Shown: positions 54,701 to 64,000 of the stretch, in pieces
Position numbering within the stretch: position 1 is the first letter of the stretch
Layout: each line of letters opens with the position of its first letter
DNA from: the human T2T-CHM13v2.0 reference genome, Homo sapiens
Strand: one strand, 5' to 3'
Length of the DNA: 64,000 nt
NCBI RefSeq assembly: GCF_009914755.1
Contig: NC_060938.1
Program-made: the position numbers and the translations under genes
The notes under the pieces: model-generated
What the model saw: only the letters and a program-made list of their open reading frames with translations
Database searches by the model: none
What the model was told of the DNA's origin: nothing

Positions 54701-57700
54701 AATCCTGAAATCTATCCAAATATCCCCTCGCAGATTCTACAAAAAGAGTGTTTCAAAACTGCTCTTTAAAAAGAAAGGTTCAACTCTGTTAGTTGAGTAC
54801 ACACATCACAAACAAGTTTCACAGAATGCTTCTTTCTAGCTTGTAGGGGAAGATATTCCCTTTATCACCATGGGCCTCAAACCGTCCGATAAGTCCACTT
54901 CCATATACTACAAAAAGAGCGTTTCAAACCTGCTCTATGAAAGGCAACGTTCAACTCTGTGACTTGAATGCAGACATCACAGAGCAGTTTCTGAGAATGC
55001 TTCTGTCTAGATTTTATAGGAAGATATTCCCGTTTCCAACGAAATCTTCACAGCTATCCAAATATCCACTTGCAGATTCTACAAAAAGAGTGTATCAAAA
55101 CTGCTCTGTCAAAAGGAAGGTTCTTCTCTGTTAGGTGAGTGCATACGTCATAAAGGAGTTTCTGAGAATGTTTCTGTCTAGTGGTTATGGGAAGATATTT
55201 GCTTTTTCCCCGTAGGCCTCAGGGCGCTCCAAATGTCCACTTGCACATGCTACAAAAAGAGTGCTTCAAAGCTGCTCTCTGAAAGGGAATGTTCAACTCT
55301 ATGAGTTGAATGCAAACATCACAAAGACGTTTCTGAGAATGCTTCTGTCTAGATTTGATATGAAGATATTCCCGTTTCCAACGAAATCTTCAAATCTATC
55401 CAAATGTCCACTTGCAGATTCAACAAAAAGTGTTTTTCAGAACTGCTCTATCAAAAGAAAGATCCACCTCTGTTAGCTGAGTTCAGACATCACAAACAAG
55501 TTTATGAGAATGCTTCTGTCTAGTTTTTATTTGAAGATATTTCCTTTCTCACCATAGACCTGAAAGCTGTCCTAATGTTCACTTCCAGTTACTACAGAGT
55601 GTTTCAAAACTGCTGTACGAAAGGGAATGTTCAACTCTGTGACTTGAATGCACACATCACAAAGAAGTTTCTGAGGATGCTGCTGTCTACTTTTTATACT
55701 TAATCCCGTTTCCAACGAAATCCTCCAAGCTATCCAAATATCCACTTGCAGATTCCACAGAAAGACTGTTTCAAAACTGCTCTGTCAATAGAAAGGTTCA
55801 ACTCTGTTAGCTGCGTGCATATATCCCAAAGAAGATTCTGAGATTGCTTCTGTCTAGTTTTTATGGGAAGATATTTCCCTTTTCACCGTAGGCGTCAAGG
55901 CGCTCCAAATGTCCACTTCCAGATACTACAAAAAGAGTGTTTCAAACCTACTCTGTGAAAGGGAATATTCAACTCTGTGACTTGAATGCACATATCACAA
56001 GGAAGTTTCTGAGAATGCTTCTGTCGAGATTTTATATGAAGATATTCCCGTTTCCAACGAAATCCTGAAATCTATCCAAATATCCCCTCGCAGATTCTAC
56101 AAAAAGAGTGTTTCAAAACTGCTCTGTAAAAAGAAAGGTTCAACTCTGTTAGTTGAGTACACACATCACAAACAAGTTTCACAGAATGCTTCTTTCTAGC
56201 TTGTAGGGGAAGATATTCCCTTTATCACCATGGGCCTCAAACCGTCCGATAAGTCCACTTCCATATACTACAAAAAGAGCGTTTCAAACCTGCTCTATGA
56301 AAGGCAATGTTCAACTCTGTGACTTGAATGCAGACATCACAGAGCAGTTTCTGAGAATGCTTCTGTCTAGATTTTATAGGAAGATATTCCCGTTTCCAAC
56401 GAAATCTTCACAGCTATCCAAATATCCACTTGCAGATTCTACAAAAAGAGTGTATCAAAACTGCTCTGTCAAAAGGAAGGTTCTTCTCTGTTAGGTGAGT
56501 GCATACGTCATAAAGGAGTTTCTGAGAATGTTTCTGTCTAGTGGTTATGGGAAGATATTTGCTTTTTCCCCGTAGGCCTCAGGGCGCTCCAAATGTCCAC
56601 TTGCACATGCTACAAAAAGAGTGCTTCAAAGCTGCTCTCTGAAAGGGAATGTTCAACTCTATGAGTTGAATGCAAACATCGCAAAGACGTTTCTGAGAAT
56701 GCTTCTGTCTAGATTTGATATGAAGATATTCCCGTTTCCAACGAAATCTTCAAATCTATCCAAATGTCCACTTGCAGATTCAACAAAAAGTGTTTTTCAG
56801 AACTGCTCTATCAAAAGAAAGATCCACCTCTGTTAGCTGAGTTCAGACATCACAAACAAGTTTATGAGAATGCTTCTGTCTAGTTTTTATTTGAAGATAT
56901 TTCCTTTCTCACCATAGACCTGAAAGCTGTCCTAATGTTCACTTCCAGTTACTACAGAAAGAGTATTTCAAAACTGCTGTACGAAAGGGAATGTTCAACT
57001 CTGTGACTTGAATGCACACATCACAAAGAAGTTTCTGAGGATGCTGCTGTCTACTTTTTATACTTAATCCCGTTTCCAACGAAATCCTCCAAGCTATCCA
57101 AATATCCACTTGCAGATTCCACAGAAAGACTGTTTCAAAACTGCTCTGTCAATAGAAAGGTTCAACTCTGTTAGCTGCGTGCATATATCCCAAAGCAGAT
57201 TCTGAGATTGCTTCTGTCTAGTTTTTATGGGAAGATATTTCCCTTTTCACCGTAGGCGTCAAGGCGCTCCAAATGTCCACTTCCAGATACTACAAAAAGA
57301 GTGTTTCAAACCTACTCTGTGAAAGGGAATATTCAACTCTGTGACTTGAATGCACATATCACAAGGAAGTTTCTGAGAATGCTTCTGTCGAGATTTTATA
57401 TGAAGATATTCCCGTTTCCAACGAAATCCTGAAATCTATCCAAATATCCCCTCGCAGATTCTACAAAAAGAGTGTTTCAAAACTGCTCTTTAAAAAGAAA
57501 GGTTCAACTCTGTTAGTTGAGTACACACATCACAAACAAGTTTCACAGAATGCTTCTTTCTAGCTTGTAGGGGAAGATATTCCCTTTATCACCATGGGCC
57601 TCAAACCGTCCGATAAGTCCACTTCCATATACTACAAAAAGAGCGTTTCAAACCTGCTCTATGAAAGGCAACGTTCAACTCTGTGACTTGAATGCAGACA

Positions 57701-60700
57701 TCACAGAGCAGTTTCTGAGAATGCTTCTGTCTAGATTTTATAGGAAGATATTCCCGTTTCCAACGAAATCTTCACAGCTATCCAAATATCCACTTGCAGA
57801 TTCTACAAAAAGAGTGTATCAAAACTGCTCTGTCAAAAGGAAGGTTCTTCTCTGTTAGGTGAGTGCATACGTCATAAAGGAGTTTCTGAGAATGTTTCTG
57901 TCTAGTGGTTATGGGAAGATATTTGCTTTTTCCCCGTAGGCCTCAGGGCGCTCCAAATGTCCACTTGCACATGCTACAAAAAGAGTGCTTCAAAGCTGCT
58001 CTCTGAAAGGGAATGTTCAACTCTATGAGTTGAATGCAAACATCGCAAAGACGTTTCTGAGAATGCTTCTGTCTAGATTTGATATGAAGATATTCCCGTT
58101 TCCAACGAAATCTTCAAATCTATCCAAATGTCCACTTGCAGATTCAACAAAAAGTGTTTTTCAGAACTGCTCTATCAAAAGAAAGATCCACCTCTGTTAG
58201 CTGAGTTCAGACATCACAAACAAGTTTATGAGAATGCTTCTGTCTAGTTTTTATTTGAAGATATTTCCTTTCTCACCATAGACCTGAAAGCTGTCCTAAT
58301 GTTCACTTCCAGTTACTACAGAAAGAGTATTTCAAAACTGCTGTACGAAAGGGAATGTTCAACTCTGTGACTTGAATGCACACATCACAAAGAAGTTTCT
58401 GAGGATGCTGCTGTCTACTTTTTATACTTAATCCCGTTTCCAACGAAATCCTCCAAGCTATCCAAATATCCACTTGCAGATTCCACAGAAAGACTGTTTC
58501 AAAACTGCTCTGTCAATAGAAAGGTTCAACTCTGTTAGCTGCGTGCATATATCCCAAAGCAGATTCTGAGATTGCTTCTGTCTAGTTTTTATGGGAAGAT
58601 ATTTCCCTTTTCACCGTAGGCGTCAAGGCGCTCCAAATGTCCACTTCCAGATACTACAAAAAGAGTGTTTCAAACCTACTCTGTGAAAGGGAATATTCAA
58701 CTCTGTGACTTGAATGCACATATCACAAGGAAGTTTCTGAGAATGCTTCTGTCGAGATTTTATATGAAGATATTCCCGTTTCCAACGAAATCCTGAAATC
58801 TATCCAAATATCCCCTCGCAGATTCTACAAAAAGAGTGTTTCAAAACTGCTCTTTAAAAAGAAAGGTTCAACTCTGTTAGTTGAGTACACACATCACAAA
58901 CAAGTTTCACAGAATGCTTCTTTCTAGCTTGTAGGGGAAGATATTCCCTTTATCACCATGGGCCTCAAACCGTCCGATAAGTCCACTTCCATATACTACA
59001 AAAAGAGCGTTTCAAACCTGCTCTATGAAAGGCAACGTTCAACTCTGTGACTTGAATGCAGACATCACAGAGCAGTTTCTGAGAATGCTTCTGTCTAGAT
59101 TTTATAGGAAGATATTCCCGTTTCCAACGAAATCTTCACAGCTATCCAAATATCCACTTGCAGATTCTACAAAAAGAGTGTATCAAAACTGCTCTGTCAA
59201 AAGGAAGGTTCTTCTCTGTTAGGTGAGTGCATACGTCATAAAGGAGTTTCTGAGAATGTTTCTGTCTAGTGGTTATGGGAAGATATTTGCTTTTTCCCCG
59301 TAGGCCTCAGGGCGCTCCAAATGTCCACTTGCACATGCTACAAAAAGAGTGCTTCAAAGCTGCTCTCTGAAAGGGAATGTTCAACTCTATGAGTTGAATG
59401 CAAACATCGCAAAGACGTTTCTGAGAATGCTTCTGTCTAGATTTGATATGAAGATATTCCCGTTTCCAACGAAATCTTCAAATCTATCCAAATGTCCACT
59501 TGCAGATTCAACAAAAAGTGTTTTTCAGAACTGCTCTATCAAAAGAAAGATCCACCTCTGTTAGCTGAGTTCAGACATCACAAACAAGTTTATGAGAATG
59601 CTTCTGTCTAGTTTTTATTTGAAGATATTTCCTTTCTCACCATAGACCTGAAAGCTGTCCTAATGTTCACTTCCAGTTACTACAGAGTGTTTCAAAACTG
59701 CTGTACGAAAGGGAATGTTCAACTCTGTGACTTGAATGCACACATCACAAAGAAGTTTCTGAGGATGCTGCTGTCTACTTTTTATACTTAATCCCGTTTC
59801 CAACGAAATCCTCCAAGCTATCCAAATATCCACTTGCAGATTCCACAGAAAGACTGTTTCAAAACTGCTCTGTCAATAGAAAGGTTCAACTCTGTTAGCT
59901 GCGTGCATATATCCCAAAGCAGATTCTGAGATTGCTTCTGTCTAGTTTTTATGGGAAGATATTTCCCTTTTCACCGTAGGCGTCAAGGCGCTCCAAATGT
60001 CCACTTCCAGATACTACAAAAAGAGTGTTTCAAACCTACTCTGTGAAAGGGAATATTCAACTCTGTGACTTGAATGCACATATCACAAGGAAGTTTCTGA
60101 GAATGCTTCTGTCGAGATTTTATATGAAGATATTCCCGTTTCCAACGAAATCCTGAAATCTATCCAAATATCCCCTCGCAGATTCTACAAAAAGAGTGTT
60201 TCAAAACTGCTCTTTAAAAAGAAAGGTTCAACTCTGTTAGTTGAGTACACACATCACAAACAAGTTTCACAGAATGCTTCTTTCTAGCTTGTAGGGGAAG
60301 ATATTCCCTTTATCACCATGGGCCTCAAACCGTCCGATAAGTCCACTTCCATATACTACAAAAAGAGCGTTTCAAACCTGCTCTATGAAAGGCAACGTTC
60401 AACTCTGTGACTTGAATGCAGACATCACAGAGCAGTTTCTGAGAATGCTTCTGTCTAGATTTTATAGGAAGATATTCCCGTTTCCAACGAAATCTTCACA
60501 GCTATCCAAATATCCACTTGCAGATTCTACAAAAAGAGTGTATCAAAACTGCTCTGTCAAAAGGAAGGTTCTTCTCTGTTAGGTGAGTGCATACGTCATA
60601 AAGGAGTTTCTGAGAATGTTTCTGTCTAGTGGTTATGGGAAGATATTTGCTTTTTCCCCGTAGGCCTCAGGGCGCTCCAAATGTCCACTTGCACATGCTA

Positions 60701-63700
60701 CAAAAAGAGTGCTTCAAAGCTGCTCTCTGAAAGGGAATGTTCAACTCTATGAGTTGAATGCAAACATCACAAAGACGTTTCTGAGAATGCTTCTGTCTAG
60801 ATTTGATATGAAGATATTCCCGTTTCCAACGAAATCTTCAAATCTATCCAAATGTCCACTTGCAGATTCAACAAAAAGTGTTTTTCAGAACTGCTCTATC
60901 AAAAGAAAGATCCACCTCTGTTAGCTGAGTTCAGACATCACAAACAAGTTTATGAGAATGCTTCTGTCTAGTTTTTATTTGAAGATATTTCCTTTCTCAC
61001 CATAGACCTGAAAGCTGTCCTAATGTTCACTTCCAGTTACTACAGAAAGAGTATTTCAAAACTGCTGTACGAAAGGGAATGTTCAACTCTGTGACTTGAA
61101 TGCACACATCACAAAGAAGTTTCTGAGGATGCTGCTGTCTACTTTTTATACTTAATCCCGTTTCCAACGAAATCCTCCAAGCTATCCAAATATCCACTTG
61201 CAGATTCCACAGAAAGACTGTTTCAAAACTGCTCTGTCAATAGAAAGGTTCAACTCTGTTAGCTGCGTGCATATATCCCAAAGCAGATTCTGAGATTGCT
61301 TCTGTCTAGTTTTTATGGGAAGATATTTCCCTTTTCACCGTAGGCGTCAAGGCGCTCCAAATGTCCACTTCCAGATACTACAAAAAGAGTGTTTCAAACC
61401 TACTCTGTGAAAGGGAATATTCAACTCTGTGACTTGAATGCACATATCACAAGGAAGTTTCTGAGAATGCTTCTGTCGAGATTTTATATGAAGATATTCC
61501 CGTTTCCAACGAAATCCTGAAATCTATCCAAATATCCCCTCGCAGATTCTACAAAAAGAGTGTTTCAAAACTGCTCTTTAAAAAGAAAGGTTCAACTCTG
61601 TTAGTTGAGTACACACATCACAAACAAGTTTCACAGAATGCTTCTTTCTAGCTTGTAGGGGAAGATATTCCCTTTATCACCATGGGCCTCAAACCGTCCG
61701 ATAAGTCCACTTCCATATACTACAAAAAGAGCGTTTCAAACCTGCTCTATGAAAGGCAACGTTCAACTCTGTGACTTGAATGCAGACATCACAGAGCAGT
61801 TTCTGAGAATGCTTCTGTCTAGATTTTATAGGAAGATATTCCCGTTTCCAACGAAATCTTCACAGCTATCCAAATATCCACTTGCAGATTCTACAAAAAG
61901 AGTGTATCAAAACTGCTCTGTCAAAAGGAAGGTTCTTCTCTGTTAGGTGAGTGCATACGTCATAAAGGAGTTTCTGAGAATGTTTCTGTCTAGTGGTTAT
62001 GGGAAGATATTTGCTTTTTCCCCGTAGGCCTCAGGGCGCTCCAAATGTCCACTTGCACATGCTACAAAAAGAGTGCTTCAAAGCTGCTCTCTGAAAGGGA
62101 ATGTTCAACTCTATGAGTTGAATGCAAACATCACAAAGACGTTTCTGAGAATGCTTCTGTCTAGATTTGATATGAAGATATTCCCGTTTCCAACGAAATC
62201 TTCAAATCTATCCAAATGTCCACTTGCAGATTCAACAAAAAGTGTTTTTCAGAACTGCTCTATCAAAAGAAAGATCCACCTCTGTTAGCTGAGTTCAGAC
62301 ATCACAAACAAGTTTATGAGAATGCTTCTGTCTAGTTTTTATTTGAAGATATTTCCTTTCTCACCATAGACCTGAAAGCTGTCCTAATGTTCACTTCCAG
62401 TTACTACAGAGTGTTTCAAAACTGCTGTACGAAAGGGAATGTTCAACTCTGTGACTTGAATGCACACATCACAAAGAAGTTTCTGAGGATGCTGCTGTCT
62501 ACTTTTTATACTTAATCCCGTTTCCAACGAAATCCTCCAAGCTATCCAAATATCCACTTGCAGATTCCACAGAAAGACTGTTTCAAAACTGCTCTGTCAA
62601 TAGAAAGGTTCAACTCTGTTAGCTGCGTGCATATATCCCAAAGCAGATTCTGAGATTGCTTCTGTCTAGTTTTTATGGGAAGATATTTCCCTTTTCACCG
62701 TAGGCGTCAAGGCGCTCCAAATGTCCACTTCCAGATACTACAAAAAGAGTGTTTCAAACCTACTCTGTGAAAGGGAATATTCAACTCTGTGACTTGAATG
62801 CACATATCACAAGGAAGTTTCTGAGAATGCTTCTGTCGAGATTTTATATGAAGATATTCCCGTTTCCAACGAAATCCTGAAATCTATCCAAATATCCCCT
62901 CGCAGATTCTACAAAAAGAGTGTTTCAAAACTGCTCTTTAAAAAGAAAGGTTCAACTCTGTTAGTTGAGTACACACATCACAAACAAGTTTCACAGAATG
63001 CTTCTTTCTAGCTTGTAGGGGAAGATATTCCCTTTATCACCATGGGCCTCAAACCGTCCGATAAGTCCACTTCCATATACTACAAAAAGAGCGTTTCAAA
63101 CCTGCTCTATGAAAGGCAACGTTCAACTCTGTGACTTGAATGCAGACATCACAGAGCAGTTTCTGAGAATGCTTCTGTCTAGATTTTATAGGAAGATATT
63201 CCCGTTTCCAACGAAATCTTCACAGCTATCCAAATATCCACTTGCAGATTCTACAAAAAGAGTGTATCAAAACTGCTCTGTCAAAAGGAAGGTTCTTCTC
63301 TGTTAGGTGAGTGCATACGTCATAAAGGAGTTTCTGAGAATGTTTCTGTCTAGTGGTTATGGGAAGATATTTGCTTTTTCCCCGTAGGCCTCAGGGCGCT
63401 CCAAATGTCCACTTGCACATGCTACAAAAAGAGTGCTTCAAAGCTGCTCTCTGAAAGGGAATGTTCAACTCTATGAGTTGAATGCAAACATCACAAAGAC
63501 GTTTCTGAGAATGCTTCTGTCTAGATTTGATATGAAGATATTCCCGTTTCCAACGAAATCTTCAAATCTATCCAAATGTCCACTTGCAGATTCAACAAAA
63601 AGTGTTTTTCAGAACTGCTCTATCAAAAGAAAGATCCACCTCTGTTAGCTGAGTTCAGACATCACAAACAAGTTTATGAGAATGCTTCTGTCTAGTTTTT

Positions 63701-64000
63701 ATTTGAAGATATTTCCTTTCTCACCATAGACCTGAAAGCTGTCCTAATGTTCACTTCCAGTTACTACAGAAAGAGTATTTCAAAACTGCTGTACGAAAGG
63801 GAATGTTCAACTCTGTGACTTGAATGCACACATCACAAAGAAGTTTCTGAGGATGCTGCTGTCTACTTTTTATACTTAATCCCGTTTCCAACGAAATCCT
63901 CCAAGCTATCCAAATATCCACTTGCAGATTCCACAGAAAGACTGTTTCAAAACTGCTCTGTCAATAGAAAGGTTCAACTCTGTTAGCTGCGTGCATATAT
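36785..64000. repeat. Macro-repeat copy B (units 28-47, truncated by the window end)
   Basis: Units 28-47 reproduce the length pattern and variant types of units 5-24 (e.g. ORF starts 9973/41309, 12697/44033, 31773/63109 all differ by 31,336). Confidence 0.93.

Larger units (their letters stand above)
1..64000 (-). repeat. Centromeric alpha-satellite higher-order repeat array (8-mer HOR, 1364/1360 bp, ~47 copies); SF2-type, probably D14Z9/D22Z1 (S2C14/22H1L)
   Basis: Seen: ~171-bp periodicity of alphoid motifs (cacatcacaaagaagtttctgag is the reverse complement of consensus CTCAGAAACTTCTTTGTGATGTG; also ttcaactctgtg, tccacttgcagat). Near-identical units recur every 1364 or 1360 bp (ORF starts 433, 1793, 3157 ... 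63109). Known: A/B dimeric monomers with XbaI sites (tctaga near 503 and 845) are typical of SF2, and the chr14/22 live HOR is an 8-mer. Inference: the chromosome assignment (about 0.7 confidence); the alpha-satellite call itself is secure. Confidence 0.99.

Noticed and set aside
433-63648. 94 short ORFs (65 aa and 71 aa) repeating once each per HOR
   Set aside because: They are chance stop-free frames in satellite DNA. The shared FPFPTKS segment is just the translated CENP-B box, the two ORFs resemble each other because they come from adjacent 342-bp dimers, and the 71-aa ORF starts at GTG. There is no recognisable protein family or gene structure.
182-63896. CRISPR-like pattern of identical short repeats at regular spacing
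   Set aside because: The repeats are CENP-B boxes, the intervening ~325 bp are homologous satellite rather than unique spacers, and there are no cas genes.
1-64000. Possible L1/Alu insertion, inversion or monomer-number HOR variant
   Set aside because: ORF-start spacing is always 1360 or 1364 bp on the same strand, leaving no room for insertions, strand switches or monomer deletions.
1-64000. Possibility that the sequence is a simulated centromere model like those in GRCh38
   Set aside because: A model generated from local monomer adjacency would not be expected to reproduce rare SNVs at an exact 31,336-bp offset; this looks like a linear long-read assembly.
1-64000. Assignment to SF1 8-mer arrays (chr10, chr12) or a firm choice between chr14 and chr22
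   Set aside because: XbaI-bearing dimers and no EcoRI site seen in the HOR favour SF2. chr14 and chr22 share this HOR, and SF2 8-mer variants exist on other chromosomes, so only an HMM or alignment search against annotated HOR monomers could settle it.

Overview
The whole 64 kb window is primate (almost certainly human) centromeric alpha-satellite DNA. It contains 46 complete and one nearly complete head-to-tail higher-order repeat (HOR) of eight ~171-bp monomers, 1364 bp long or 1360 bp when a 4-bp deletion is present. It reads in the reverse orientation of the usual alphoid consensus. Every second monomer carries an intact CENP-B box and the alternating monomers carry a pJalpha/A-box. The dimeric structure, XbaI sites and 8-mer length fit suprachromosomal family 2, most likely the chr14/chr22 live array (D14Z9/D22Z1); this assignment is an inference. 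I see no genes, transposon insertions or inversions, and the ORFs in the track are artefacts of the repeat. The informative signal is in the rare variants. They reveal a hidden 31,336-bp (23-HOR) tandem macro-duplication with a mappable junction, nested 2,724-bp (2-HOR) duplications, and interspersed ~1-kb tracts of a second, partly more ancestral HOR haplotype. All variant positions were read by eye and need confirmation by alignment. I found no evidence for a new biological system beyond this repeat architecture.
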